Translations under genes and position numbers: made by a program
Notes under the pieces: model-generated
What the model was told of the DNA's origin: nothing
The model's database searches: none
The model's input: the letters and a program-made list of their open reading frames with translations, nothing else
Shown here: one piece after another, positions 37,423 to 47,139 of the stretch
Layout: the number at the start of each line of letters is the position of its first letter
How positions within the stretch are numbered: position 1 is the stretch's first letter
From: an uncultured bacterium
Lineage (GTDB): Bacteria > Eisenbacteria > RBG-16-71-46 > CAZHEV01
Assembly (NCBI GenBank): GCA_964531335.1
Contig: CAZHEV010000008.1
Span: forward strand, 68,452 to 132,451
Length of the DNA stretch: 64,000 nt
Direction of reading: 5' to 3'

Positions 37423-37713
37423 CCACTCCCGGCAAACTTAGAGCACCCGCGGCTCGTGCGCGCTCGGGACCGTCCGCTCAAGGCCTGACTCCCCACTCAG
37501 GCAGCATCGCCGGGAACGGCTGTCCTATGTCCGCGGTCGCCGCGGCGCATAGCTCTAGTAAGCGGACATCACGGAGGGGTCACACCAGACCCGGCCGTGT
37601 ACCCCACAGCCGGTTAGTGTATATGCTACCCCCCCGTCGGGGCCACGGTCAAGGCAAAAGCCGGAGACCGCGTGGTTCCGCGGCCAGGTGTGCTAAGATG
37701 GCGTTGTGTTTGC

Positions 37714-38601
37714 ATGACCTTTCGAGACACGCCGGTCTACATCACAGGAGCAGTCTTGAGTTCCAAGGACAAAGGTGACCCGCCCCAAGTTACGATCGGA
37801 TACCAGAGCCTTCTGGCCGACGATGGCCCCCTGGGGGCCATCGCTTTCGCCGTCGAGCTGGGCCTCGGAGTCGTCGAGCTAAACGCCAATATGCCCTGGT
37901 ATTTCCCGGAGAGTCTCGACAGGGACCTGCGAGCCAGGGTAAAGGACGAGTCGCTTCGGACCGGCGTCGCCCTGGCCGTACACGCCCCTGAGGAGATCTC
38001 CTTCGTCTCACCTCATCCCTCCCTGCTCCAGGCCGGAGCGGACAGGATGAAGCAGTTCATAGAGATGGCCTCCGATATCGGAGCCACCGTCCTCACGTGC
38101 CACATGGGCGGAGGGCGTCTGGGCTGGTCCACCGGTGACAACAAGGTGCTGCGGCCGCATCAGGTATATCCGGATAGGATGAGAGAGTCGGTGTTGGCTG
38201 GTCTTCCCATGCTCGCAAGGATGGCCGATCAGGTAGGTGTGAAGCTGTCGGTGGAAAACGCCGGCTGTTTTGAGAAATCGTTCATTCAGCCGATCGTGGC
38301 GGAGGTAATGTCCCTATCGCCGCTTCACCTGACCTGGGACGTGGGCCACTCGAATCTCAGAGCCGGACGGCTGGACGAGCACGAGCGGTTCATATTCGCA
38401 AGGCTCGACAGGCTGGCCTTAATACACGTCCACGACAACGACGGCTTCGTGGACACCCACAGCCCCCTGGGAACCGGGACCGTCGATCTGCCCCGCGTGG
38501 TGGAAATATCCCGGAGATCCGGCGCGCCGATGTCCATTGAGATCCGCCCCCGCTCCCTGGTGCCCGCCTGCCTCGCCAGGCTGCGCGAGATTATCTCTTG
38601 A
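37714..38601 (+). CDS. sugar-phosphate isomerase/epimerase (xylose-isomerase-like TIM barrel) family protein
   Basis: AP-endonuclease-2/xylose-isomerase-like TIM signature (LGLGVVEL, VLTCHMGG, KLSVENAG, IHVHDNDG). Start could be GTG at 37672 instead. Confidence 0.7.
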   Translation: MTFRDTPVYITGAVLSSKDKGDPPQVTIGYQSLLADDGPLGAIAFAVELGLGVVELNANMPWYFPESLDRDLRARVKDESLRTGVALAVHAPEEISFVSPHPSLLQAGADRMKQFIEMASDIGATVLTCHMGGGRLGWSTGDNKVLRPHQVYPDRMRESVLAGLPMLARMADQVGVKLSVENAGCFEKSFIQPIVAEVMSLSPLHLTWDVGHSNLRAGRLDEHERFIFARLDRLALIHVHDNDGFVDTHSPLGTGTVDLPRVVEISRRSGAPMSIEIRPRSLVPACLARLREIIS

Positions 38602-38926
38602 CAGCTATACTTACGTTTAGTAATTTGCCCCTGGGTGGCCGAGGGGGCGGCGACCTGGCTCTCCCGCAGAAGGCCACAGGGCGGGCTCCGTCGCGCCACC
38701 CCAGCGCTGTAGCAGGCGCCCGGCTCCGCAAGATCTCAAGGCGCTCGATATTTTATCCTTGATGAGAAGCGCCGGGGCCGGTATAAGCCATCCATGGGAA
38801 CGGACTCGCCCGTGCCGGCCAATGTGGCGCCCGGGTCGAAAGAGTGCCGCGCGTCACCGGAACGGCGTGAGGCGAGCGCGCTCAAATATGCCCGGAAAGC
38901 TTTCTCAGCATCGGAAGGGAGGATCG

Positions 38927-39562
38927 ATGCCCCGCTCCATGGAATTGACCGATAGACAGAGACAGATATACGACTTCCTCGTCAGCCATCTGGAGGGACG
39001 CGGATTCCCGCCGACCGTGAGGGAGATCTGTTCTGCGTTCGGGATCAAGTCCACCAAGGGCGTGACGGACCATCTCACCGCTCTTCAGAAGAAAGGGTAC
39101 ATAAGAAAGCACCCCGAGGCATCGAGAGGGATAGAGATCCTGAAAAGAAAGCCTGCAAACGGCGACGCGGTTGAGATCCCCGTCCTCGGACGGATCGCCG
39201 CCGGCGAGCCTTCCCTGGCAATAGAGAACCCGGAAGGCCATCTCACCGTGGACCGCTCGCTCGTCCCCTCCGGCAAATGCTTCGCGCTCAGGGTAAACGG
39301 CGACAGCATGATCGGGGCGCATATCCTCGACGGCGACTACGTAGTGGTGAGAGTCCAGGGCCAGGCGGACAACGGGCAGATCGTCGCCGTTCAGGTAAAC
39401 GAAGATGAAGCAACCGTCAAGAGGCTGCACAGGACCGAGGACGAGATAGTGCTCAGGCCCGAGAACCCGGCGCTCGAGCCGATGGTATACAGAGGATCCG
39501 AACGCGAAGGAGTGAGAGTAATAGGCCTGGTCACGGCGGTGATCAGACGCTTCGCGAATTGA
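38927..39562 (+). CDS. lexA: LexA repressor (S24 peptidase, SOS regulator)
   Basis: N-terminal winged HTH, Ala-Gly cleavage site (RIAAGEP) and Ser/Lys dyad region (GDSMIGAHILDGD...VKRL). GGGAGG RBS before the ATG. Confidence 0.85.
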   Translation: MPRSMELTDRQRQIYDFLVSHLEGRGFPPTVREICSAFGIKSTKGVTDHLTALQKKGYIRKHPEASRGIEILKRKPANGDAVEIPVLGRIAAGEPSLAIENPEGHLTVDRSLVPSGKCFALRVNGDSMIGAHILDGDYVVVRVQGQADNGQIVAVQVNEDEATVKRLHRTEDEIVLRPENPALEPMVYRGSEREGVRVIGLVTAVIRRFAN

Positions 39563-39740
39563 CGTGAGGCTTGCACCTTCTGCATGCCGCCTCCCCACGT
39601 TCGGAGCGGCCCGGGGGGCGGTCACACTTCCATGGTACGCAGTGTGATTGTCCTTGAGCAGCGGCCCAAGTGCAGGCCCTTCCCCCATCCCCCCACGTCC
39701 CGTCCCGCGTCGGCGCCGGATCTTTGAGAGGGGGCCGAGA

Positions 39741-39770
39741 TTGACAGGCCCGCCGCGGAAGTAGTAGTAT
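39741..39770 (+). promoter_or_regulatory. sigma70-like promoter candidate for tRNA-Glu (TTGACA - 18 bp - TAGTAT)
   Basis: Perfect -35 hexamer and a 4/6 -10 hexamer, about 28 nt upstream of the tRNA 5' end. Confidence 0.35.
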
Positions 39771-39797
39771 CTTCGATTACAGCTATATTACATCTGC

Positions 39798-39874
39798 CAA
39801 ATTGGACGTCCCCATCGTCTAGGCGGCCTAGGACACCGGCCTTTCACGCCGGCAACACGGGTTCGAATCCCGTT
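39798..39874 (+). tRNA. tRNA-Glu (anticodon UUC)
   Basis: Cloverleaf derived by hand: acceptor GTCCCCA/TGGGGAC, D-arm, anticodon stem CCGGC/GCCGG with loop CTTTCAC, T-arm ACGGG-TTCGAAT-CCCGT, discriminator G, and an encoded CCA. Confidence 0.8.
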
Positions 39875-40110
39875 GGGGACGCCACTTTTATTAGGATAAA
39901 TATGGAAGAGGAATGAGTAATGGGGAGATCTGCTATTTCCTGACAAGAAAGGCGTATAAAAAGGACTTCACTTCTTATTGGATTGAAGTCATAATTATAC
40001 AGAACTTCAGTAATGCAATCGCCGTAATTAATTGCGCCACAATCACTAATAGAGATAAATGGATAAAGTTATTGTCTTGGTCATCGCCCCGGGCCCGGAG
40101 GAAGGAGGTT

Positions 40111-40536
40111 GTGTCCGTAAGAAAGAGCGCTCAGGCCGCGATTCGAGCGATACGAGCAGAGGGTGGGATCGTGCGAACCAAGGATGCCCTAGATCTAGGT
40201 ATCGCGCCTCGTACTCTCTACTGGATGCGAGACAATGGAATCCTCGAAACAGTCTCTCGCGGTCTCTATCGTCTTGCCGACCAATCACCCCTGTCGAACC
40301 AAGATCTAACTACGGTGGCTGCCAGGATACCGAACGGTGTCGTGTGCCTCATCTCGGCTCTGGCCTACCACAACATGACTGCCGAGATCCCCTGGACCGT
40401 TGATGTCGCCCTGCCGAGGGGTGCAAAGGTTCCTCGGCTAAGGCATCCACCCGTCAGATTCATCTGGCGTTCAGGGGCGGCATTCCAGCAAGGGGTCCAC
40501 CTCTCGGTTCAGCCTCGAGAGCAGGTGCTATCATGA
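40111..40536 (+). CDS. AbiEi-family (type IV TA antitoxin-like) DNA-binding protein, probably 5'-truncated or decayed
   Basis: Matches the AbiEi_4 N-terminal domain (IVRTKDALDLGIAPRTLYWMRDNGILETVSRGLYRLAD...VVCLISALAYHNMT). GTG start after AGGAAGGAGG. Immediately preceded by an AT-rich segment after the tRNA. Confidence 0.55.
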   Translation: MSVRKSAQAAIRAIRAEGGIVRTKDALDLGIAPRTLYWMRDNGILETVSRGLYRLADQSPLSNQDLTTVAARIPNGVVCLISALAYHNMTAEIPWTVDVALPRGAKVPRLRHPPVRFIWRSGAAFQQGVHLSVQPREQVLS

Positions 40537-41006
40537 TTCCGGTTTGGGTAGTCGATGTAGCACATTGGATACTAACAAATATTGGATTCCCCGGCACGCC
40601 GCCGCCACCCTTCCATCCCTAGAGGTGTGGTGGGAGATTTAAAGGGAGGGTTGTGCCTGAGAAAGTCGGGAGCGACCCCCATATGATTATGCCGTCTCCT
40701 TGTGCCGTTGTCGAGAACGTGCCGATCGAGGTGCAGATAATAGACGCTATAAGCGATGAATTGCCATTGCTGATCAAGCTTGACATGAGGGCCGCTTTAC
40801 GGCAGGTATTTATGTGGGATTTGGGGCTAAAGTCTGTATCCGAGACATTTGTTCTCTGACGGTCTGCGACCAACGGGCTTCCTGTCTAAGACCAGTGATG
40901 AGGCAAGTCCGATGTGTTGCAATTGGAAGGAGGTGTTGCCCGCCACGTAAGATCTAGCCTTGTATTATACCGCATCAGTATTGCACCCATTGCAGAGGAG
41001 AGAGAC

Positions 41007-42884
41007 ATGAAGAAATGCCCGTCCCTTCCGCGTGCCGCTTTTCTCACACTTGCCTGTATCGCGCTCGCAGCCTCCATCGGCTTATGGGGAGGATGCAGTG
41101 AGGAGACAGGCATTACAAATGTCGCCCAACAAGCAAATGACCAACAAGTTGTGCTAGACAAGGCGGCCCCTGGGGTTAAGGCTGTCATGGCGACTCAGGA
41201 CCGTTCCACCAATGCGTTAATGGGCCATCCCGAGGTTGTCGGTACCGGCACCGGGCTTGGTGATAACGGCGAGTTGGCGGTTGTGGTTTATACAATGAGT
41301 CCTGTGCCCCAAAAGGGCGCGTTCACGTCGGCGACCCTGGAAAATGTGCCGGCGCTCGATGCCATTCCCCAGACAATTGACGGCTTGCCCGTCAAGGTCA
41401 AAGTGACCGGCAAGTTCGTAATCCATGCCGATCCTACCGCTCGGTTCGCCCGTCCCGTTCCAATAGGCGTATCCACAGGTCATCCGGACATCACCGCCGG
41501 AACGATCGGCTGCCGTGTAAGGGACGGCCAGGAGAATGTCTACGCGCTGAGCAATAACCACATCTACGCCAATTCAAACGACGCATCCATCGGCGACAAC
41601 GCCCTACAGCCCGGCCCGAGCGACGGCGGCCAGGACCCGGAAGATGCTATCGGCACTCTTTACGACTACGAGCCGATCAAGTTCGACGGCAGCAATAACT
41701 ATATGGACGCGGCCATCGCCGTGACGTCCACCGGAAACGTCGGCACCTCGACTCCCTCAGGAGACGGGTACGGCACGCCGAACTCCACGATTGTGGATGC
41801 TTACCTCGGTCAGCCGGTGCAGAAGTACGGTCGGACAACTGGATGGACGCAGGGTGAAGTAGCCGAACTCAACGTGACCGTGACGGTCTGCTACGAAGGC
41901 TTTATCTGGTGCACGAAATCGGCTACATTCGCGGATCAGATTTCCATCACACCCGGTGAATTCAGTGGCGGTGGCGACTCGGGATCCCTTATTGTAACTG
42001 ACGACAGCAACAAGAACCCGGTCGGTCTGTTGTTCGCCGGCAGCTCAGATCGCACCATCGCCAACCCTATCGGTTATGTGCTGAACCGGTTCAACGTGAC
42101 CATCGATGACGGCAGCGGGGGTACCACCAACAACCCGCCGACCTCCGACTTCACCTATACGACCACGGATCTCACTGTGGACTTCACCGATCAGAGCACC
42201 GATTCGGACGGAAGCGTGGTCGGTTGGAGCTGGGACTTCGGTGACGGAGCCACTTCGACGTCACAGAATCCGTCTCACACGTACGGCGCCGACGGCACCT
42301 ACACAGTGTCTTTGACCGTGACGGACGATGACGGAGCGACCGGCACCTCATCGCAGGACGTCACTGTTTCGGGCGGCGGTACCACCAACAACCCGCCGAG
42401 CTCCGACTTCACCTATACGACCACGGATCTCACTGTGGACTTCACCGATCAGAGCACCGATTCGGACGGAAGCGTGGTCGGTTGGAGCTGGGACTTCGGT
42501 GACGGAGCCACTTCGACGTCACAGAATCCGTCTCACACGTACGGCGCCGACGGCACCTACACAGTGTCTTTGACCGTGACGGACGATGACGGAGCGACCG
42601 GCACCTCATCGCAGGATGTCACGGTCTCGAGCGGCAGCACCGGCGATATCACGCTGACCGCAACCGGATACAAGGTACGCGGGCGCAAGCACGCCGACCT
42701 CGAATGGAGCGGCGCGACGGGAACGCAGGTCGAGATATACCGCGACGGCGCCCTGATCGCCACTACCGATAACGACGGCTTCTACACCGATTCGACGAAC
42801 CAGGTTGGCGGTGGGTCGTTTACCTATCAGGTATGCGAAATAGGCGGTTCGCCTTGCTCCAACGAGGCGACGGTAAGCTACTAG
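41007..42884 (+). CDS. chymotrypsin-fold (S1-like, GDSG) serine peptidase lipoprotein with N-terminal pro-region-like domain, two tandem PKD domains and a C-terminal beta-sandwich domain
   Basis: Lipobox LWGGC. NNHIY (His), YMDAAIAV (Asp) and GGDSGSL (Ser) are arranged as in alpha-lytic-protease-like peptidases. Two 86-aa PKD repeats (WSWDFGDG...HTY...YTVSLTVTDDDG). Confidence 0.75.
   Translation: MKKCPSLPRAAFLTLACIALAASIGLWGGCSEETGITNVAQQANDQQVVLDKAAPGVKAVMATQDRSTNALMGHPEVVGTGTGLGDNGELAVVVYTMSPVPQKGAFTSATLENVPALDAIPQTIDGLPVKVKVTGKFVIHADPTARFARPVPIGVSTGHPDITAGTIGCRVRDGQENVYALSNNHIYANSNDASIGDNALQPGPSDGGQDPEDAIGTLYDYEPIKFDGSNNYMDAAIAVTSTGNVGTSTPSGDGYGTPNSTIVDAYLGQPVQKYGRTTGWTQGEVAELNVTVTVCYEGFIWCTKSATFADQISITPGEFSGGGDSGSLIVTDDSNKNPVGLLFAGSSDRTIANPIGYVLNRFNVTIDDGSGGTTNNPPTSDFTYTTTDLTVDFTDQSTDSDGSVVGWSWDFGDGATSTSQNPSHTYGADGTYTVSLTVTDDDGATGTSSQDVTVSGGGTTNNPPSSDFTYTTTDLTVDFTDQSTDSDGSVVGWSWDFGDGATSTSQNPSHTYGADGTYTVSLTVTDDDGATGTSSQDVTVSSGSTGDITLTATGYKVRGRKHADLEWSGATGTQVEIYRDGALIATTDNDGFYTDSTNQVGGGSFTYQVCEIGGSPCSNEATVSY
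42120..42635 (+). repeat. 2 x 258 bp near-identical direct tandem duplication (encodes two PKD domains)
   Basis: Copy 1 at 42120..42377 and copy 2 at 42378..42635 differ by only a few nucleotides. The ORF track shows identical out-of-frame peptides at 42106..42315 and 42328..42573. Confidence 0.9.
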
Positions 42885-42924
42885 CCGTGTGCCTTTTGGA
42901 TGACTGATCCGTAGGTTCTTTCTG

Positions 42925-42960
42925 GAGACGGGCCCCACCGCTTGGGGCCCGTCTCTTTTC
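42925..42960 (+). terminator. rho-independent terminator (13 bp perfect stem GAGACGGGCCCCA/TGGGGCCCGTCTC, loop CCGCT, then TTTTC)
   Basis: Lies 40 nt after the peptidase stop codon. Confidence 0.7.
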
Positions 42961-43043
42961 AGCGAACCTCCGAGAGGTAATGTCCAACGCAACGGGGGGA
43001 GTCGAGGCGTTGGGTCCGTCTCGGTTGGAGGGCAAATTCCACG

Positions 43044-43388
43044 ATGTGGTGTAAGTACTTACCATCTGTCTTCTCTCGAGTTACAGTTGTATTGCTGTTA
43101 GCCTTCGCCCCGTTGGCCTGTAGCGGCGGCCGCCAGTCCGACGGAGATGGGAAGAAAGATATGCCAGAAAGCGACAAAACCATCGAGCAGGTGCTCAGTG
43201 AGCACACCGATGAGTGGATGTCCATCCCAGGCGTAACTGGGACGGGTCTTGGGAAATGTGGTGAGGAGCTTTGCATTCGCGTGTTTGTAACACGGGAACT
43301 GGATGGAGTTCGGGAAAAGATACCGCAGCGGATTGACGGGTACATCGTTGAAGTAGTCCTGACAGGGAGCTTTCATGCACGCGACTGA
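43044..43388 (+). CDS. small lipoprotein homologous to the N-terminal pro-region of the adjacent S1-like peptidases
   Basis: Lipobox LACSGG. TIEQVLSEHTDEWMSIPGVTGTGLGKCGEELCIRVFV...IDGYIVEV aligns with the peptidase N-terminus (VKAVMATQDRSTNALMGHPEVVGTGTGLGDNGELAVVVY...IDGLPVKV) and with the paralog at 49448..49780. Confidence 0.6.
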   Translation: MWCKYLPSVFSRVTVVLLLAFAPLACSGGRQSDGDGKKDMPESDKTIEQVLSEHTDEWMSIPGVTGTGLGKCGEELCIRVFVTRELDGVREKIPQRIDGYIVEVVLTGSFHARD

Positions 43389-44058
43389 TTTGAAGGTAAC
43401 TGAGTTTTCAGTAGGGTAATTACAGTCAAGCACGGCGAAATGAATCTGCGCAGGCCGTATACGGAATACGTGAAATGCGCGAAATGGCCGCCGCGTTTGG
43501 GTAGATATGCAGCTGACAATCGCCCGTCCCTCCCGAAAATTCCATCCGGGTTCGAACTGACGTGGTCCCCGGAATTCGGACAGTATGTTAAGGTGGACTC
43601 TAAGGATTCTCATGCCCTCATGGTGCGGGTTGGGTTTGGACATCCACCATGCTACGATTCCATCTGGGTTATCATCACCGACATAGTCTTTGTGAGGCAA
43701 CACTCTTCCGTGCGCAAAAAGGCCTTCTTCCATGTTGAGGTCCACCCCTTAAGCGAATCAACAGCTTGCAGCCATTCCCCCAACCGGTTCGAACTCGCCA
43801 TCAAATGAGACGCCAGAGTCACCCCTTTGAATATCCGCTATCCCCGGCAACTTCAGAAATGGTATATTCATGGGGCATCGTCCCGGACGCCGAGACGGAC
43901 ATTGGCATCGTGGAGACCGCCGCTTGCGGCCTGACGGCGATATCGCGCACAATGTGTCAGGCCGTGCCAGCTAATTCTGCCCCAACAAGTTCCGGTTTTA
44001 CAGGGACGAATCCGCCGGTCTTTGGATTCGTCTTACGCCAACCCAGGAGGAAGACAAA

Positions 44059-45243
44059 GTGCTGGTTCAAGAGAAGGTCAAACAGGCCCTCGCCCTGCTC
44101 GATGAGTTCGACATCGACTGCTGGCTCACTTTCACCCGCGAAAGCGCGATCTGCGGTGACCCGACACTGGAGTTACTGCTGGGAAGCAAAGTCACCTGGC
44201 ACAGCTCGTTTATTCTTTCCCGCAAGCTGGACGCGGTGGCGATCGTCGGAAAGTACGAGCGCGCCTCAGTCGAGGATACAGGAGCCTACAGCCGCGTTGA
44301 GAGCTTCGTGAAGGACTACAAGCCGCCGCTGAAGGAAGTGATGAGGGAGATCGACCCGCAACGCATCGCCCTCAACTACTCCGTAACCAGCGAGATCGCC
44401 GACGGGCTCACCCACGGCATGTACCTCACGCTCCAGGACGTGCTCGGGGAGATCGGCATGGCCGATCGTTTCGTATCGGCCGAGCCGCTGGTAAGCGCGC
44501 TTCGCCAGCGAAAGACCGAGGCCGAGCTGACCGCCATACGCGGGGCCATAACCTACACCGAGGAGGTGTACGACATGGTGGCCGGCTTTATGCGCCCCGG
44601 CCGCACCGAGCGCGATGTCGCCGCTTTTGTAGCCGCGGAGTTCGAGCGCCGTGGCGTCGAGACCGCCTGGCCGGCCAGTAGCTGCCCCGCCGTGTTCGCG
44701 GGCCCCAACACCGCTGAGGCCCACTACCCTCCCACCGACCGAGTCATCGAACCTGGAATGGTGGTGAGCATGGACATGGGCACGAAACACGAACACTACT
44801 GCTCGGATCTGCAACGTACGTTCTACGTGCTGGCCGAGGGCGAGACCGAGGCGCCGGCGGAGGTGACAAAGGCCTTCGCCGTGATCACGGAGTCCGTTGA
44901 AAGCGCCCGAAAGGCCATGCGGCCGGGCGTCACCGGAGCGTCCGTGGATGCCGCCTGTAGGGATTACGTTACGGGAAAGGGCTACGACGAATTCCCCTTC
45001 GCAACGGGGCACCAGGTGGGACGCTACGCGCACGACGGCACGGCCCTGCTGGGCCCGGAGTGGGAGAAATACGGCGAGAGGGTTCATCACAAGCTCGAGC
45101 CGGGCATGGTGTTCACCATCGAGCCGCGGATCAGCGTGCCCGGCCGCGGCGTGGTCACCGTGGAAGATATGGTAGTGGTGACCGAGGACGGCGCCGACTA
45201 CATCTCGACCCCGCAGCGCGAGCTGATTCTCATAGGCGGCTAG
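44059..45243 (+). CDS. M24-family metallopeptidase (Xaa-Pro aminopeptidase/creatinase-like)
   Basis: Creatinase-like N-domain plus pita-bread C-domain. Metal ligands in VSMDMG, H..G, EPGMVFTIEP and VTVEDMVVV motifs. GTG start after GGAGGAAG. Confidence 0.85.
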   Translation: MLVQEKVKQALALLDEFDIDCWLTFTRESAICGDPTLELLLGSKVTWHSSFILSRKLDAVAIVGKYERASVEDTGAYSRVESFVKDYKPPLKEVMREIDPQRIALNYSVTSEIADGLTHGMYLTLQDVLGEIGMADRFVSAEPLVSALRQRKTEAELTAIRGAITYTEEVYDMVAGFMRPGRTERDVAAFVAAEFERRGVETAWPASSCPAVFAGPNTAEAHYPPTDRVIEPGMVVSMDMGTKHEHYCSDLQRTFYVLAEGETEAPAEVTKAFAVITESVESARKAMRPGVTGASVDAACRDYVTGKGYDEFPFATGHQVGRYAHDGTALLGPEWEKYGERVHHKLEPGMVFTIEPRISVPGRGVVTVEDMVVVTEDGADYISTPQRELILIGG

Positions 45244-45578
45244 CCGTCCGCTGATTGCCTGGAAGGTCCCGGGACCTGAGGCAATTGTGGCGGAGCTCCT
45301 GCCCTCCACTCGGGGAGCGGATAATACTCCAGAGGCAGCTTCCGGAGGACCTCATCCTTCAGCCGGCCAAGGTGGGCTAGTCCTCAACCAGCAGCTCCTC
45401 TGTCACTGGGCCGAATAGCGCGTAATCTTTCTCGTCGCTGTCGCTGTTGATCGCGAGGGCTATCGTGATGTCGTGCTGGGTCAAGTGATACGCGCCTGTT
45501 CGATAACGGGGGTCGATCAGGCGTCTTCACTATCCGATGGAGCAGGCTTCCGACGAGTTCGGCTTGCCTGAGGCGATA

Positions 45579-46718
45579 TCAGAAAGCTACCTGAACTCTG
45601 GCCCCGAATACGAATACGCCGTTGTTGTGGTTGTCTCCGTTGGGGTTGACCACCCATTGGACATCGGGAGACAGGCTGAGGTTCCGGTTAACGCCTGCGT
45701 TGTAGTATGCCTCAACATGGTGCTCGTTTCCCGTGGCGACACCCGACAACGCGTCCACGTCTCTCCAGTCCTTGCTTATCACTGCGTTTCCATAGGCCAG
45801 GCCGAACACGTCGTCATCCCTGCCTATCGCGCCCATCGACGTGTGAAGCCCCACGCTCCACGAATGTTCTACATGGTAGATGTCTCCCCGCTGCCATCCG
45901 TAGCGGAAGAAAGCAGCGGCCGGCCCTACAGTCCCAGAATCCAATGAGACGCCGAAGCCGTGTCCGTCCTCGCCGGTTGTCGCTTCTTCCCCGACGACCT
46001 GATGGCTTGTACCGTTGTTCCACATGTACGCTCGGTAGTGACCCTTCCTGCCGAGTAGAGTCAGGCTGAGATCGGCCTGCACAATCGTGAAGATGTCCTC
46101 GAAGGTGTCTGAATCGGCGGCGGCGACAGCCATCCCCAAGTCCAGTCGCTCGTGCGGGGCGATCCAAAGCTGGGCCCCGAAGGTGTTATCGGGGAACTCT
46201 ATAGCAAGGCTGTTGACGAATCCTGTCGAGACGAACTGAGAGGTCTCGTCGTTGGCCACGGCGTTTGCATCAAAGGCGAATCCGTGCGGCCCGCACGGTA
46301 CGGTCAGGTCGAGCTTCCCGAGTTTGAGGGCCAGCCGACCCCCTGCGAGACTTTGCTCATACCAGAGCTCCGTCAACCGAAGGTTGTCCTCTCCGTCCGC
46401 GTCATCGTTAAAGCCCGACAGGGTGGCAATGCGCTCATCAATACCCGCTCCTCTTCCGGCCTCGAAGTGAGCGTATATCGTCCCCCTCTCGAAAGCGGTC
46501 GAGCTGAGCTCAAGGTCGACGGATGCGGCAAACCCTCTTCCCGGCGCGTTTCCCAGGACGTCTCTGTCGGCTCCGGCGGAAGCAAGAGCCACTCCGGTTA
46601 TGCCGAACGCAAACTCCACGTGCCGCCAGGTTCGATTCTTCTCCCCAACGTCCTCGCAGAAAGCGGTCCGGCAAGGTAGAAGCAAGACCAAGGTAAGGAC
46701 GAGGATCCTGAAGCACAT
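45579..46718 (-). CDS. carbohydrate-selective porin, OprB family
   Basis: Start at the internal ATG (MCFRILVLTLVLLL signal) with GGAGG upstream. Beta-barrel ending in the aromatic VQVAF. OprB-like length and motifs. Confidence 0.75.
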   Translation of the reverse strand: MCFRILVLTLVLLLPCRTAFCEDVGEKNRTWRHVEFAFGITGVALASAGADRDVLGNAPGRGFAASVDLELSSTAFERGTIYAHFEAGRGAGIDERIATLSGFNDDADGEDNLRLTELWYEQSLAGGRLALKLGKLDLTVPCGPHGFAFDANAVANDETSQFVSTGFVNSLAIEFPDNTFGAQLWIAPHERLDLGMAVAAADSDTFEDIFTIVQADLSLTLLGRKGHYRAYMWNNGTSHQVVGEEATTGEDGHGFGVSLDSGTVGPAAAFFRYGWQRGDIYHVEHSWSVGLHTSMGAIGRDDDVFGLAYGNAVISKDWRDVDALSGVATGNEHHVEAYYNAGVNRNLSLSPDVQWVVNPNGDNHNNGVFVFGARVQVAF

Positions 46719-46817
46719 CCAACCGCCTCCATTCAATTGATCGCCCGCTCTCAACTCGACCGGACCTGCGCAACATCCGGGGCCGGCACAATGCGGCTCC
46801 GCGGCGACTTCAGGGCC

Positions 46818-46855
46818 ATCGCCCTAATGTTAGGCATGCCTAACATTAGGGCGAT
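46818..46855. promoter_or_regulatory. 38 bp perfect palindrome ATCGCCCTAATGTTAGGCATGCCTAACATTAGGGCGAT - candidate DtxR/IdeR-type operator upstream of the porin gene
   Basis: Exact self-complementarity checked base by base. The core TTAGGCATGCCTAA resembles DtxR-box half-sites (TTAGG...CCTAA). Lies about 100 bp upstream of the porin start and about 290 bp from the DtxR-family regulator gene. Confidence 0.5.
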
Positions 46856-47139
46856 AGAAACGGACCCCTTATGAACATGGGCCCTTCGTCTACACCACGT
46901 CGATCTTGAGAGCCGTGCCCCCGCACCGCGCCACAAGCCCATCCGGGAGCTGCGCGGTCACCCGGGCCTGCCAGAGGATTGCGTACGACCTTAAGCTCGG
47001 TCCCCCGCGCAAGCCCCGTCGCCGCAAGACGCGCCCTGAGCGTGTGCCCTCCATACACGTTCGTCGCGCGCACCCCGGCTTCCGGCCCGGCCCTCGCAAA
47101 AGACGTCTTTCCTACGTCCCTTTCGTCAGCCGCAGCGCC

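Noticed and set aside
37423-37713. Search for a RiPP precursor ORF upstream of the radical SAM gene on either strand
   Set aside because: Only a 17-codon ORF (MRRGDRGHRTAVPGDAA) on the minus strand, and a 147-aa Arg/Pro-rich plus-strand ORF with no Cys-rich core. Neither is convincing.
40653-40859. 68-aa ORF downstream of the AbiEi-like gene, considered as an AbiEii toxin start
   Set aside because: No nucleotidyltransferase GS/D..D motifs and far too short. Probably decayed sequence.
45371-45469. Minus-strand 32-codon frame (LTQHDITIALAINSDSDEKDYALFGPVTEELLVED-stop) that reads like a protein C-terminus
   Set aside because: Preceded immediately by an in-frame stop. Possibly a gene remnant, but too short to call.
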